DNA from: Candidatus Micrarchaeia archaeon
GTDB lineage: Archaea; Micrarchaeota; Micrarchaeia; Burarchaeales; JAVZCV01
DNA length: 36,276 nt
Direction of reading: 5' to 3'
Assembly (NCBI GenBank): GCA_038874215.1
Contig: JAVZCV010000011.1
Span: 1-36,276 of the forward strand
Each line of letters opens with the position of its first letter. Within the stretch, counting starts at the first letter, position 1. Positions 1 through 10,412 of the stretch are shown here, piece after piece. The notes below the pieces were generated by a model. It was not told where the DNA came from. It searched no databases and saw nothing but the letters and a program-made list of their open reading frames with translations. A program made the position numbers and the translations under genes.

Positions 1-592
1 CGGTCAATTGTATGAACTTTAATAGCGTTTTCTCAGCAACGAGAAGTAAACTAACTGCCGTAATAGAAGAGATTGCAAAATTCGTTGCGTTGTGCAGAGG
101 GACCAAGCCTGCTCTCGGGCTTTCTGATATGAATTGGGATATTATGGCAAGCGTGAATATTGCGTTGTAGTTAAAACCCGAGATTCTGCTTATGAGATAA
201 TCTATCTCTACAAGTTTTAGATATATCTGTGTTAGTGAAAGCCTGTCCACGCCAGGATTTCCATCAACATCACCAGTCCAAACAAGACCATCCAAGAATC
301 TGTTTGCAACCTGAAAATAATCGGTTGCGCCGGGCGATATGAATGTAATAAGGGAGTTTGTAAGTGCAAGGAAAAAAAGTATGTTTCCTACTACGAATGC
401 GCTTATCATGACTTCTCTAAGCTCTACTGTAGCCCATGCCTCAACCTCCTTTATTTGAAAACCTCTGCCAATCATGTATGCAAGCGCAACGAAAAAAAGT
501 GATAGGAGAATGGCGATGATTGCTATCGGAACCCAATTATAAGCACCAGCCGATATCCAAAGCGAGTAGGCAACCTGGTCAAAGGGCAGCAT
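1..592 (-). CDS. Multi-pass membrane protein of unknown function (partial, runs off the left edge)
   Basis: Not in the ORF track. Manual translation from ATG at 592: MLPFDQVAYSLWISAGAYNWVPIAIIAILLSLFFVALAYMIGRGFQIKEVEAWATVELREVMISAFVVGNILFFLAL..., open to the window edge with several hydrophobic segments. Confidence 0.7.
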   Translation of the reverse strand, partial: MLPFDQVAYSLWISAGAYNWVPIAIIAILLSLFFVALAYMIGRGFQIKEVEAWATVELREVMISAFVVGNILFFLALTNSLITFISPGATDYFQVANRFLDGLVWTGDVDGNPGVDRLSLTQIYLKLVEIDYLISRISGFNYNAIFTLAIISQFISESPRAGLVPLHNATNFAISSITAVSLLLVAEKTLLKFIQLT

Positions 593-644
593 CGCTGATA
601 TTTAGAACACGTAAATAAAAAACTTTATTGTTGGATAGAGAGTT

Positions 645-1472
645 TTAGGGAATTTTGGTATTATAGAAGAGCAGTAGCACGATGGATAGGAGAATGAGGA
701 GAATAAGGAGTATTGAAAAAGTAAGGATTAGATATCCCGTTCTTCCCTTAACAAAAACAGGCAGGAATATTAGAATAGCAAGCAGGATAACCATAGAGAC
801 AGTGAGCGCCGAAAGGCTCATTTTACCAAATTTTAGCGCTGGTGATAGACCATCACTTTGTAAATCAAGCTTTGACTCTATGAATATATTCGGAGATCTC
901 TCTACCAGTATGGAAGCGTTATACGAAACACACACAACATTAGAAACAATGTTTAAAGCTGAACGGTTGAAAATGAGTGGGGTTTTTGCATTTATTGTGG
1001 AGTCTTTTATACTATTGAACGAGGAGGAGAGGAGCAAAATGCCGATTGTCGTGTTTGATGCGTTTATTCGCTCTAATGAATTGAAGAAGGAGTAATTTAG
1101 TATAAGTCCGTTACCGCAATTCATTATTTTTGAATTCATTATTGCATTTTGTGAAGAGTTGGTGAAAATGATACAATTTTCAAATCCATCTACAATGCAG
1201 TTCTGTATGGATACGGAAGTCGCATTGTATACAAGAATGCCAGTAGCATAACCGTTTCCGCGTACCGGATAGCCCGCACAATTTATGGAGATACCACTGT
1301 GTTCTACCACGAGGCAATCAACACTGTTTTTGAACGTTGTGTTTTCGCGTACGTGCAGGCACGTTGAAGATGGTTGGGCAAAAAGAAGAAGCAGAAATAA
1401 AAGAGACAGATACAGGCGCAGACAACACAGGCAAGAACCCTGCCAAATTGGTGGGGGTTTTCCTATGCCCAT
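645..1472 (-). CDS. Membrane-anchored right-handed beta-helix (NosD/pectin lyase-like) surface protein
   Basis: N-terminal hydrophobic stretch, repeated GI.l..S..N.I.N..I beta-helix motifs (GILVYNATSVSIQNCIV, GILLLSSSFNSIKDSTI), two C-terminal TM helices. Start codon uncertain. Confidence 0.65.
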   Translation of the reverse strand: MGIGKPPPIWQGSCLCCLRLYLSLLFLLLLFAQPSSTCLHVRENTTFKNSVDCLVVEHSGISINCAGYPVRGNGYATGILVYNATSVSIQNCIVDGFENCIIFTNSSQNAIMNSKIMNCGNGLILNYSFFNSLERINASNTTIGILLLSSSFNSIKDSTINAKTPLIFNRSALNIVSNVVCVSYNASILVERSPNIFIESKLDLQSDGLSPALKFGKMSLSALTVSMVILLAILIFLPVFVKGRTGYLILTFSILLILLILLSIVLLLFYNTKIP

Positions 1473-1618
1473 ATGAACACTTACGCGCCAATTCCCATAT
1501 ATTACTTCCGCATATTTATCCTAGGCGACTCTGACGTTTTTATAGCTAAAAATGGAGATAAGCATCGCCTAAGGTCAGTTTTTTAAGGATTGGCTTTAAA
1601 GGCATTAGGCGAGCGAAT

Positions 1619-2632
1619 ATGGGTAGAGTCTTTATAGCAGAATTGATACTTTCGGTTTTTGCGATAGCGGCCATCCTTCATTTTGCAGGTTTTTGGAATG
1701 TCGTTGATGAACTGAAAAGAGCAGATGTTGGATGGTTTTTCTTTGCAATATTCTTTTATTTGCTAAATAACCTCGCGCTCTCGTATAGGATATACCTTAT
1801 GCTCTCATCGCTTGGAGAGAGGATTCAATATGTTAAAATAGTGTCATGCCATTTTGCGGGCATGCTCGCATCAGATTTCACTCCTGCGAGGAGCGGTTAT
1901 TTTGCTACCGCTGTTGCTCTTTCTTTCAACAAGGGTGTAGCCTCAGAGAAAGCGGTTATTTCAATACTTGGACCACAGGTTTTTGACTTTGCACTAAAAG
2001 TTGTTGTCGGCACTGTTGCAGTCGCATATCTTCTTTCTAATAAAGTTGAGGGGAATGCTGCAAGTTTTTTGGGAATAGGAATTGGCGTGATTGCGATATT
2101 CCTCATGTGCGCCACGATACTTCTGCTCCTATATTCAAAGAGATTTCTGATGTTTCTTCGGATTTGGGAAAAACTTCCGCTCGTTGGTTTCATGTTGAAA
2201 AAAATGCTTAACCTCGTTGAAAGAATGCAGAAAAATGCGGGCGTGCTAAAAAAGCTCTTCTGGCAACTACTCGGAATTCTAATCATAACATGGCTCTTCA
2301 AGGCATTAGAGTGGTTCTCGCTTGCCATGTGCCTTGGAATCACTGTTGACGAGAACCCTCTCGTTTTTTTCGCCCTTCTTCAGCCACTTATATCCCTTCT
2401 GCAATTCGTGCCTGCCCCAACGCTTGCTGGAATGGGGCTTTCTGAAGCTGGTGCGACGGCTGTGCTTATGGTATTCGGAGTTCCTGCTGGGAGAGCTGTT
2501 GCATTCGCCCTTCTTGCGCGTGGGGAAATGATGCTCGTGAATGCGATTGGGGGGATTTTTGAAATTATTGGAATTTTGAAAAAAGGAAAAAGTATTAGTG
2601 AGTTAGCCTTTGGCAACGCCCAGAGGAGTTAG
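1619..2632 (+). CDS. Lysylphosphatidylglycerol synthase TM domain / UPF0104 flippase-like membrane protein
   Basis: 337 aa, about 8 TM helices, FAGMLASDFTPARSG and PTLAGMGLSEAG motifs typical of the family. Confidence 0.8.
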   Translation: MGRVFIAELILSVFAIAAILHFAGFWNVVDELKRADVGWFFFAIFFYLLNNLALSYRIYLMLSSLGERIQYVKIVSCHFAGMLASDFTPARSGYFATAVALSFNKGVASEKAVISILGPQVFDFALKVVVGTVAVAYLLSNKVEGNAASFLGIGIGVIAIFLMCATILLLLYSKRFLMFLRIWEKLPLVGFMLKKMLNLVERMQKNAGVLKKLFWQLLGILIITWLFKALEWFSLAMCLGITVDENPLVFFALLQPLISLLQFVPAPTLAGMGLSEAGATAVLMVFGVPAGRAVAFALLARGEMMLVNAIGGIFEIIGILKKGKSISELAFGNAQRS

Positions 2633-4042
2633 TCGCGCGACTATTTTTGATATGCCAGCAAGCTCAACGCTTTTTACTACATCGTCAACATTCTTGTATG
2701 CACCTGGCGCTTCCTCCGATATGACCTGCCAGCTCGTCGCCTTTACTTCTATTCCCCTGCTTTCAAGAGCTTTCTTAACCTGCTCTCCTCTGTATGTTCT
2801 TATCGCCTCGTGCCTGCTCATAACCCTTCCAGAGCCATGCGCTGTTGAGCCAAATGTCTCTTTTAACCCTTGTGGGGTTCCAACGAGAACATATGAGGCT
2901 GTCCCCATACTTCCAGGAATAAGAACAGGATGACCAATTTCTCTATACTTGGCAGGAACAAGCGGATGGCCCGCAGGAAAAGCCCGTGTTGCGCCCTTGC
3001 GGTGCACGCATAGCCTCATCTTTTTTCCTTCTATCTCGTGCTCCTCTATTTTCGCAAGATTATGGCAAACATCATAAACCACATGCATGCCGAGCTCTTC
3101 CGCACTTCTTCCGAATATCTGCGTGAATGTTTCGCGTATCCAATGCGTCATAACCTGCCTGTTGCAGAAGGCGAAATTCACGGCACACATCATCGCCCCG
3201 AGATAGTCCTGCCCTTCTTTGGAATTTACGGGCGCACAGCAAAGCTCCTTATCTGGAAGGCTAATTTTGTATTTCTCTGATGCGCGCAACATCACCTGTA
3301 TGTAATCCGAGCATATCTCGTGCCCGAAGCCACGTGAGCCGCAGTGGAGCATTACGACTGCATTCCCTTTGACGAGCCCGAATGCGCGAGCAACTTCGGG
3401 GTTCATTATCTCGGAAACCTCCTGTATCTCAAGGAAGTGGTTGCCCGCTCCGAGAGTCCCGAACTGGGGGGCACCGCGCTTGAAAGCCTTATCGCTAACC
3501 TTTGATGGGTCTGCGCCCTTCATGCCCCCCTCCTCCTCGCAAAGTAGCGCATCTTCTTCCCATCCGTATCCTTTCTCTATCGCCCACCTTGCTCCGATAG
3601 AAACGGCCTCCTCAATCTCGCTCCTGCTCGCTCGTAGCTTGCTCGTGCTTCCAACACCAGAAGGCACATTTTTGAATAGGGCATTTATGAGCTCCTTCGT
3701 TTTTTTCCTAACCTCCTCTGCTGGAATATTTGTATTTATGAGACGAACTCCACAGTTTATATCATACCCAACTCCTCCAGGGGATATGATTCCTTCCTCG
3801 TAAGAGAATGCGCCAACGCCCCCTATCGGGAAACCATAACCCTCATGGCCATCTGGCATGACCATCGCATTCCCAACTATGCCGGGCAGTTTTGCGACGT
3901 TTTTAAGCTGCTCAAACGTCCTATCCCTCTTCATCTGTTCTACGATTTTATCAGTCCCGTAAACAACTGCGTGCGTTCTCATGTCTCCTGCTTTTCTAAT
4001 TAGCCATTTTGCTTCTCCGACTTTTTCAAGCTGCTCTGGCAT
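2603..4042 (-). CDS. rtcB: RNA-splicing ligase RtcB
   Basis: MPDGHEGYGFPIGG, GVGYDINCG, GTLGAGNHFLE, HCGSRG, HRKGAT, PGSMG, HGSGR and EEAPGAYK motifs; GGTG-N5-ATG RBS. Confidence 0.98.
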   Translation of the reverse strand: MPEQLEKVGEAKWLIRKAGDMRTHAVVYGTDKIVEQMKRDRTFEQLKNVAKLPGIVGNAMVMPDGHEGYGFPIGGVGAFSYEEGIISPGGVGYDINCGVRLINTNIPAEEVRKKTKELINALFKNVPSGVGSTSKLRASRSEIEEAVSIGARWAIEKGYGWEEDALLCEEEGGMKGADPSKVSDKAFKRGAPQFGTLGAGNHFLEIQEVSEIMNPEVARAFGLVKGNAVVMLHCGSRGFGHEICSDYIQVMLRASEKYKISLPDKELCCAPVNSKEGQDYLGAMMCAVNFAFCNRQVMTHWIRETFTQIFGRSAEELGMHVVYDVCHNLAKIEEHEIEGKKMRLCVHRKGATRAFPAGHPLVPAKYREIGHPVLIPGSMGTASYVLVGTPQGLKETFGSTAHGSGRVMSRHEAIRTYRGEQVKKALESRGIEVKATSWQVISEEAPGAYKNVDDVVKSVELAGISKIVARLTPLGVAKG

Positions 4043-4127
4043 AAATGCACCTATGAAGAGATTGATAAGAACGTTTTTAACTGCTACGCTCGTGTATTAA
4101 GATTGTTTCTCGTATTCGGGTGATGGC

Positions 4128-4967
4128 GTGGATAAAAGAAATCTTGCTTGGCTTGTTTTTTTGTTGATTGCTTTTGCAGGTTGCACTGGCAGTGAGAAGA
4201 AACAGATAAAGATAAGTGGCTCTGATACAATGGTTATACTTGGGCAAGCGCTCGCAGAAAGTTATATGGAGAAGAACCCCCAAACGGCGATTTCCGTGAC
4301 TGGTGGTGGTTCGGGCGTGGGCATAGCTGCTTTAATAGAAGGCACGATAGACATCGCTGAGAGCTCAAGGGATATGAAGCAGGAGGAAATTGAGAAGGCG
4401 AGGAGTAGAGGGGTTGAGCCATTTAAGACGATAGTGGCATACGATGGCATAGCAGTTATTGTAAATAAAAACAACCCCGTCAGCGAGCTGACGGTTGAGC
4501 AGATAGGCAAAATTTTCAGAGGAGAAATAATGAACTGGCGTGAAGTGGGCGGCCCTGACACACCCATATCAATTTACTCAAGGGAATCAACTTCAGGTAC
4601 ATATGAGTTTTTTAAGGAGCACGTGCTTGGGAAGAAGGATTACACAAATACTGCTAAGTATGTTGCAGGAAATGCGCTTATGGTTCAATCCGTAGCGCAA
4701 GATGTGAATGGGATAGGTTATGCGGGTGTCGCTTATGCAGAGCAAAGGAGCGATGTGAAGATAATCGGTGTCAAGAAAGATGCGGGTTCACCAGCATACA
4801 AGCCAACGAAGCAGACGGTCGCATCGGGCACATACCCAATAGCGCGCTCGCTCAACTTCTACACCAATGGCGAGCCGAAGGGAGAGGTAAAGAAGTTCGT
4901 TGATTTTGTTTTGAGCGATGAAGGGCAGGCAATAGTTGAGAATGTAGGATACTACAGGGTTGTTTGA
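4128..4967 (+). CDS. pstS: Phosphate ABC transporter substrate-binding lipoprotein PstS
   Basis: Lipobox IAFAGC; GSDT, GGGSGVG and RESTSGT motifs; first gene of the pst operon; GGGTGA RBS before GTG. Confidence 0.95.
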   Translation: MDKRNLAWLVFLLIAFAGCTGSEKKQIKISGSDTMVILGQALAESYMEKNPQTAISVTGGGSGVGIAALIEGTIDIAESSRDMKQEEIEKARSRGVEPFKTIVAYDGIAVIVNKNNPVSELTVEQIGKIFRGEIMNWREVGGPDTPISIYSRESTSGTYEFFKEHVLGKKDYTNTAKYVAGNALMVQSVAQDVNGIGYAGVAYAEQRSDVKIIGVKKDAGSPAYKPTKQTVASGTYPIARSLNFYTNGEPKGEVKKFVDFVLSDEGQAIVENVGYYRVV

Positions 4968-5836
4968 TGGTTGGAGGGAGATTTGAAAGAGGGATAGAGT
5001 TATTTTTGAAAGTAGTTGCATTTACGTCCGCTCTGTCCGTCTTTCTTATTCTTCTTTTCCTTTTCGTTGAGGCATACAGGATAGTTTTTTTCGTTAATCC
5101 TTTTGATATGCTGCTGGGTTTGGAGTGGCAACCTACTTCAGAAAATCCTCGTTACGGTATGCTGCCGCTCATCGCTGGTTCTCTGCTAGTTACTGTGTGC
5201 GCAATGCTCATATCAGTTCCGCTTTCTATTGCGACTGCTATATACCTATCAGAAATTGCCCCTTGGTGGCTTGGCGAGATGCTGAAACCAATAATAGAGA
5301 TTCTTGCTGGAATTCCGTCCGTTGTTATAGGCTTTTTTGCTCTTGTCGTGGTTGCGCCTGCCATATCAAGCATTTTCGGAGTTTCAAGCGGGCTCACTGC
5401 GCTTAACGGTGCGCTCATGCTTGCGATAATGGCAGTTCCTACTATAGAGAGCATAGCGGAAGATGGGATAAGGGCTGTTCCGAAGGGTTTGAGAGAGGCA
5501 TCTCTCGCTCTCGGTGCTACTAAATGGCAGACGATAAGGAATGTTGTGCTTCCATGCGCCATGCCGTGCATAACCACAGGGGTGCTTCTCGGGTTTGGGA
5601 GGGTGATAGGGGAGACGATGGTTGTGCTGATGGCAACGGGGAATGCGGCAATGATGCCAACAAGTCTTTTAGACCCTGTTAGGACTATGACTGCAACGAT
5701 AGCTGCTGAGATGGGCGAGGTTGCGCGCGGAACTCCGCACTACCATTCTTTATTCATGCTTGGGTTTTTGCTTTTCGTAATAACGCTTGCGATAAACACG
5801 ATGGGCAACATGATTTCGCGAAGGTGGGGAAGATGA
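4964..5836 (+). CDS. pstC: Phosphate ABC transporter permease PstC
   Basis: [23 protein letters not shown] and RVIGETM motifs; operon position. Confidence 0.95.
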   Translation: MMVGGRFERGIELFLKVVAFTSALSVFLILLFLFVEAYRIVFFVNPFDMLLGLEWQPTSENPRYGMLPLIAGSLLVTVCAMLISVPLSIATAIYLSEIAPWWLGEMLKPIIEILAGIPSVVIGFFALVVVAPAISSIFGVSSGLTALNGALMLAIMAVPTIESIAEDGIRAVPKGLREASLALGATKWQTIRNVVLPCAMPCITTGVLLGFGRVIGETMVVLMATGNAAMMPTSLLDPVRTMTATIAAEMGEVARGTPHYHSLFMLGFLLFVITLAINTMGNMISRRWGR

Positions 5837-6687
5837 TATGTGAGAAGACAAAGGAGAAAATAGCCTTCGTTGCATGCAGCCTTTGTGCTGCCGTTGTTGT
5901 TGCCGCGCTTGCAATTCTTATTTTTGATATAATCATGAATGGTGTGGGAACTATCTCGTGGGAGTTTATAACAGAGGCGCCGAGGAGGAGCATGAGCGAG
6001 GGAGGGATATTTCCCGCGCTTTTCGGGACATTCGTTATTTCTTTTGCCGCAATAGTGCTTGCATTCCCGATAGGAGTTCTTACTGCAGTTTACCTAACTG
6101 AATATTCAAAGGAGGATATGTTTGCGAGGCTGATAAATGCGGCGATAGCAAACCTTGCTGGCGTGCCTTCCATCGTTTTTGGACTTTTTGGTTTTGCAAT
6201 ATTCGTTACTTTCATGGGCTTCGGCCCGTCAATAATAGCGGGCTCGCTAACGCTTGCGCTTATGGCCCTGCCAGTGATAATAAAGACTTCGCAGGAAGCC
6301 ATCCTCTCTGTTCCGAGAGATTTTCGTGAAGCATCTCTTGCTCTTGGGGCTACGAAGTGGCAGACTGTGTGGAATCACGTTCTGCCATATGCTATGCCTG
6401 GGATATTGACTGGGACGATAATAAGCTTGGCGAGGATAGCAGGAGAGACTGCGCCCGTGCTTTTTACCGTGGCGGCATACTTTCTTCCCTCTCTTCCCAA
6501 CTCGCTGTTTGACCAAAGCATGGTTTTGACATATCATTTGTATATCCTTGCGACGCAGTCAATAAATCTTAAGAAAACGCTTCCGCTTCAATACGGTACT
6601 GCTCTTGTGCTGCTGATGCTCGTGCTATCTATGAACTTGGCTGCAATCTTGCTGAGAAGCCATTACAGGAGAAGATATAGATGGTAG
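5833..6687 (+). CDS. pstA: Phosphate ABC transporter permease PstA
   Basis: [23 protein letters not shown] and RIAGETAP motifs. Start placed at the ATG at 5833 (ATGA overlap with the pstC stop); the ORF track starts at 5824. Confidence 0.95.
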   Translation: MICEKTKEKIAFVACSLCAAVVVAALAILIFDIIMNGVGTISWEFITEAPRRSMSEGGIFPALFGTFVISFAAIVLAFPIGVLTAVYLTEYSKEDMFARLINAAIANLAGVPSIVFGLFGFAIFVTFMGFGPSIIAGSLTLALMALPVIIKTSQEAILSVPRDFREASLALGATKWQTVWNHVLPYAMPGILTGTIISLARIAGETAPVLFTVAAYFLPSLPNSLFDQSMVLTYHLYILATQSINLKKTLPLQYGTALVLLMLVLSMNLAAILLRSHYRRRYRW

Positions 6688-7439
6688 ACATCGCGATAAA
6701 AACTGAAAACCTTTCCATGTGGTACGGGGAGAAGCAAGCACTGAAAAACATAAACATGGAGATAGAGAAAAATAGAATCACGGCGCTGATAGGCCCGAGC
6801 GGTTGCGGTAAAACATCTTTTTTGAAGTGCATAAACAGAATGAGCGATTTGATACCGAATTGCAGGGTTGAGGGAAAGGTGTTCGTTGATGGCGAGAATG
6901 TGTATGGGGGTGGGGTTGATGTTGTAAAACTGAGGAGAAAGGTTGGCATGGTTTTCCAGATACCGAACCCATTCCCGAAATCAATATACGATAATGTCGC
7001 ATACGGGCCGAGAATACACGGGATTAAGGACAAGAAGGTTTTGGATGGGATAGTTGAGAGAAGTCTTCGGGAGGCGGCGCTCTGGGACGAAGTAAAAGGC
7101 GATTTGAAAAAATCTGCGTTAGATCTCTCAGGGGGGCAGAAACAGAGGCTGTGCATAGCGCGGGCTCTTGCTGTTGAGCCGAACATACTGCTCATGGACG
7201 AGCCGTGCTCTGCCCTTGACCCCATAGCAACATCAAAAATAGAGGAGCTGATAGTTGAGTTGAGCAGGAGATACACTGTCGTAATAGTTACACATAATAT
7301 ACAGCAGGCTGCAAGGATATCAAACTTCATGGGTTTCTTCTACATGGGTGAGTTAGTAGAATACGGCGAGACGACGCAAATGTTGAAAAAGCCCAAGCAG
7401 GAGCTCACAGAGAATTATCTTACTGGTAGGTTTGGGTAG
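6681..7439 (+). CDS. pstB: Phosphate ABC transporter ATP-binding protein PstB
   Basis: [36 protein letters not shown] and YLTGRFG C-terminus. Confidence 0.97.
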   Translation: MVDIAIKTENLSMWYGEKQALKNINMEIEKNRITALIGPSGCGKTSFLKCINRMSDLIPNCRVEGKVFVDGENVYGGGVDVVKLRRKVGMVFQIPNPFPKSIYDNVAYGPRIHGIKDKKVLDGIVERSLREAALWDEVKGDLKKSALDLSGGQKQRLCIARALAVEPNILLMDEPCSALDPIATSKIEELIVELSRRYTVVIVTHNIQQAARISNFMGFFYMGELVEYGETTQMLKKPKQELTENYLTGRFG

Positions 7440-7447
7440 GTGGGATT

Positions 7448-8110
7448 ATGATGTCAAGAAAGTTGTTTGACAATGAGGTTGCGGGGATAAAGGATGAGAT
7501 AAAGAAAACTGCGGAGTTCGTTTCTACTGAAATAGAAAGAGCGGTAGATGCGGTTGAGAATTGGGATACTGAATTAGCAAAGGAGATAATAGAGAGGGAC
7601 GAGTTTGCCGATTCAGAATTCATAAAAGGCCAGGAAGTATGCGCAAAGCTTATAGCGAAGTATCAACCACTTTCTACGGACTTAAGGTTCATAGAGGCCG
7701 TAATCTCAGTTCTGGCAAACTTGGAGCGAACAGCTGATTATGCGGTTGATATCGCGCGCGTCCTTACATATTACAAGGAAAAACAGTTTATTACCAAAGA
7801 AAGTATCGGGATTATGAGAGAAATGCAGAAGAAGGGCTGTGAGGCTTTAGTAAAGGCTGTTGATGCTTTTGTGGAAGAGAATATTGAAAAAACGAAGGAA
7901 GTGCATGAGCTTGAAAGGAAGAGCGACGAGCTGTACGCACATATGTTCGCTGTTCTTGAAGAGAGAATAAAGAAAAAGCCCGAAGCCTCTTACACGGCTT
8001 TCAGCGAAATTCTAATCGCAAGAGCGCTTGAGAGAGTAGGGGACAGGGCAGTCAACATAGCAAATAGGACGGCATACCTGATTACAGGAGATGCTAAATA
8101 CCTGAGATAA
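7448..8110 (+). CDS. phoU: Phosphate signalling/uptake regulator PhoU
   Basis: Two PhoU repeats (LERTADYA, LERVGDRA) and YQPLSTDLR; follows pstB. Confidence 0.93.
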   Translation: MMSRKLFDNEVAGIKDEIKKTAEFVSTEIERAVDAVENWDTELAKEIIERDEFADSEFIKGQEVCAKLIAKYQPLSTDLRFIEAVISVLANLERTADYAVDIARVLTYYKEKQFITKESIGIMREMQKKGCEALVKAVDAFVEENIEKTKEVHELERKSDELYAHMFAVLEERIKKKPEASYTAFSEILIARALERVGDRAVNIANRTAYLITGDAKYLR

Positions 8111-8111
8111 A

Positions 8112-8858
8112 TCAGTGTGCCTCAAAAAGAAGCTTGAACGCAAGCATAAGGATTAAGCCGATTATGAAGAATAGGAAGGCGGTTAGTGAGCGCTTTATAT
8201 CGTGCTCCCTATGTAGCTCTGGGATTAGGTCTGAGCTTGCAATGTATATGAAGCCTCCTGCTGTGAAAGGGAGGAGGAAAAGAGTAAAGCCTTCAACTCC
8301 TGCTGATAGATAATAGCCGAAAAGAGCGCCTATGATGGCAGTAAGCGCGCTTAGGAGATTGAAGGAAAGCGCCCTGAATTTTGTGAAGCCGCCGTATACA
8401 AGAACAGCAAAGTCTCCGAGCTCCTGCGGAACCTCGTGCACAACTACAAGGAAGGTTGTTATAATTCCAAGCTGAACGCTTGTAACATATGCAACGCCTA
8501 TAACGAGGCCGTCTATAAAATTGTGGAGGCCGTCGCCTATGAGGTTGAGGTATGTGAATGCATGCACATCACACTTGCCTTCATGGCAGTGCCTCCACCT
8601 AAGAATCCGCTCAAGGATGAAGAAAAGGATGAAGCCCGTAAGAAGATAGATAAAAACAAGCGTTGCGCCTGCTTTTTCAAGGGCTTCGGGAAGCATGTGG
8701 AAGAATGAACCGCCAAGAAGCGCACCCGCAGAGAAAGCAACCATTACGAAAATGATCCCATTTATGAGGTCCTCTTTCACGTGAAGAGTCAAAATACCTA
8801 CTAACGAGACGATTGAAACGATTATGCTACTTACCACCACGAGTAGGAGTTCATTCAT
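8112..8858 (-). CDS. ZIP family divalent metal transporter
   Basis: HNFIDG and HEVPQELGD metal-binding motifs, His-rich loop HCHEGKCDVH, about 8 TM helices. Confidence 0.92.
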   Translation of the reverse strand: MNELLLVVVSSIIVSIVSLVGILTLHVKEDLINGIIFVMVAFSAGALLGGSFFHMLPEALEKAGATLVFIYLLTGFILFFILERILRWRHCHEGKCDVHAFTYLNLIGDGLHNFIDGLVIGVAYVTSVQLGIITTFLVVVHEVPQELGDFAVLVYGGFTKFRALSFNLLSALTAIIGALFGYYLSAGVEGFTLFLLPFTAGGFIYIASSDLIPELHREHDIKRSLTAFLFFIIGLILMLAFKLLFEAH

Positions 8859-8867
8859 TGCATCTCC

Positions 8868-9317
8868 TTACGGTATGAATTCCCCCATATCCTTAACAAC
8901 GTTTAGAATCACGTGGGTATTCGTTTTTTCCACGCCCGCAAGTTTTCTTATGCTTTTTATAAGCCTGCTTAGTTCTGCCCTGCTTTTGCACATTGCAATA
9001 ACAACCGAATCAGTTTCGCCTGTAACATCATAAACTGCAACTACGCCAGCCATGTTTTTTATTTGCTCCTGCACTTTCAGTATATCGCCCCTTATGGATA
9101 TCTCCACCATCGCCATGAATTCATAGCCCATTTTCAGATAGTCTATGTCTGCCACATATCCCTTTATTACTCCTTCTCCCTCAAGCCTCCGCATACGCTG
9201 AAGCAACGTTGCTGGATGCATGCCAAGCTTCTTAGCGAGCTTTCTCGCAGAAAGCCTGCAAGAGCGCCTAAGCTCATGGATTATTGCCGTATCCTTTTCA
9301 TCAAGATTGTTTGCCAT
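8868..9317 (-). CDS. Lrp/AsnC family transcriptional regulator
   Basis: LDEKDTAII...LAKKLG...RMRRLEGEGVIKGY HTH domain and a RAM domain with YDVTGETD; ends 9 bp upstream of the ZIP gene. Confidence 0.93.
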   Translation of the reverse strand: MANNLDEKDTAIIHELRRSCRLSARKLAKKLGMHPATLLQRMRRLEGEGVIKGYVADIDYLKMGYEFMAMVEISIRGDILKVQEQIKNMAGVVAVYDVTGETDSVVIAMCKSRAELSRLIKSIRKLAGVEKTNTHVILNVVKDMGEFIP

Positions 9318-9417
9318 AAAAACACTGGAAGCAATGAGTTATATCGGGCAATATTTTTATGTGTTTTTTATTTCTTGTGGTTTGGTTAAGCCAAAAACAG
9401 CAATCATCTAATCCTCA

Positions 9418-10377
9418 CTACCTGTATGCTAACTGCACACCAGATATAATGAATATGAACAGGCAATAAAGGAGGAGGAGTACGATTCCCTCATTCCTGC
9501 CTATAATTTTCCGCGTAGAGAGAATATAAACGACAACAAGATTAACTAGAAGAAGGGAGAGTACGAGCGTCATGAAAACCGCAATGTTCAGCAATGAAGG
9601 GCTGAAAAGCGCGGCAGAGCCAAGCACGAGCGTGAGGTTTGTCATGCAGCTTCCGAAGGCGTTCCCAAGCGCAAGGGATGGACGCTTTTTCCTGAAGCCA
9701 GTAGTTATTACAGCCAGCTCTGGAAGCGAGGTGCCTACAGCAACTATCGTTGCGCCTATGAATGTTTTTGATATTCCTATGGTGTCCGCAACCTTCACGG
9801 AAGAATCAACAACAAGCCCTGCGCTTATTATAACCCCCATTATTCCGATGCAGAAGAGCAGAAAGGCGTGAAGCGCTTCGTGTTTTGTTATGCTTTCTGA
9901 GTTATTGGATTCAATGCCTATTTTCTTTGAGAGTAGGTAGTAAACGTAGAAACTGAATGTTAGAAGGAGCACTATTCCCTCAATGCGACCTATTCCCTCG
10001 CGTAGCAGAAGCAATATGGATATTGCAGAAGTTATTAAGAGTATATTCAAAAGTCGTGGGACTTCTTTGCGTTGTATTGGCACGCCGTACAGAGATGCGC
10101 TTACGCCGAGGATTATGCAGATGTTCGCTATGTTTGAACCGAAGGCGTTTCCTATGGCTATCGCTCCCTCATGGGCAGAAGCAGCGGATATTGAGACGGA
10201 GAGTTCTGGAAGGGTAGTAAAAACAGACACAAAAACAAACCCGACTGCAAGCTCGCTTATGCCGAAGAAACGCGATAGCTTTGTTGCATTTGAGATAACA
10301 AGCTCTGCTGTTTTCCCGAGAACTGCAAGTGATATCAGGAGGGTTAGGAAGTCCCATAATATGGAGGGTAGTGGCAT
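9418..10377 (-). CDS. Ca2+/Na+ (CaCA, YrbG-like) antiporter
   Basis: Two alpha repeats: TTLPEL...GNAFGSNIAN and GTSLPEL...GNAFGSCMTN. Confidence 0.92.
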   Translation of the reverse strand: MPLPSILWDFLTLLISLAVLGKTAELVISNATKLSRFFGISELAVGFVFVSVFTTLPELSVSISAASAHEGAIAIGNAFGSNIANICIILGVSASLYGVPIQRKEVPRLLNILLITSAISILLLLREGIGRIEGIVLLLTFSFYVYYLLSKKIGIESNNSESITKHEALHAFLLFCIGIMGVIISAGLVVDSSVKVADTIGISKTFIGATIVAVGTSLPELAVITTGFRKKRPSLALGNAFGSCMTNLTLVLGSAALFSPSLLNIAVFMTLVLSLLLVNLVVVYILSTRKIIGRNEGIVLLLLYCLFIFIISGVQLAYR

Positions 10378-10412
10378 CTAAATAAAAACGCATGATGGAT
10401 TTAAATTGTTAA

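Noticed and set aside
1545-1572. Fluoride riboswitch-like GGCGATG...TCTCC on the minus strand
   Set aside because: P1 is mismatched, the downstream conserved elements are missing, and no fluoride-related gene is adjacent.
2603-4042. RtcB as part of a special RNA-repair or defence module
   Set aside because: It is an ordinary full-length archaeal tRNA ligase, explained by the intron-containing tRNAs. No rtcA, archease or toxin neighbours.
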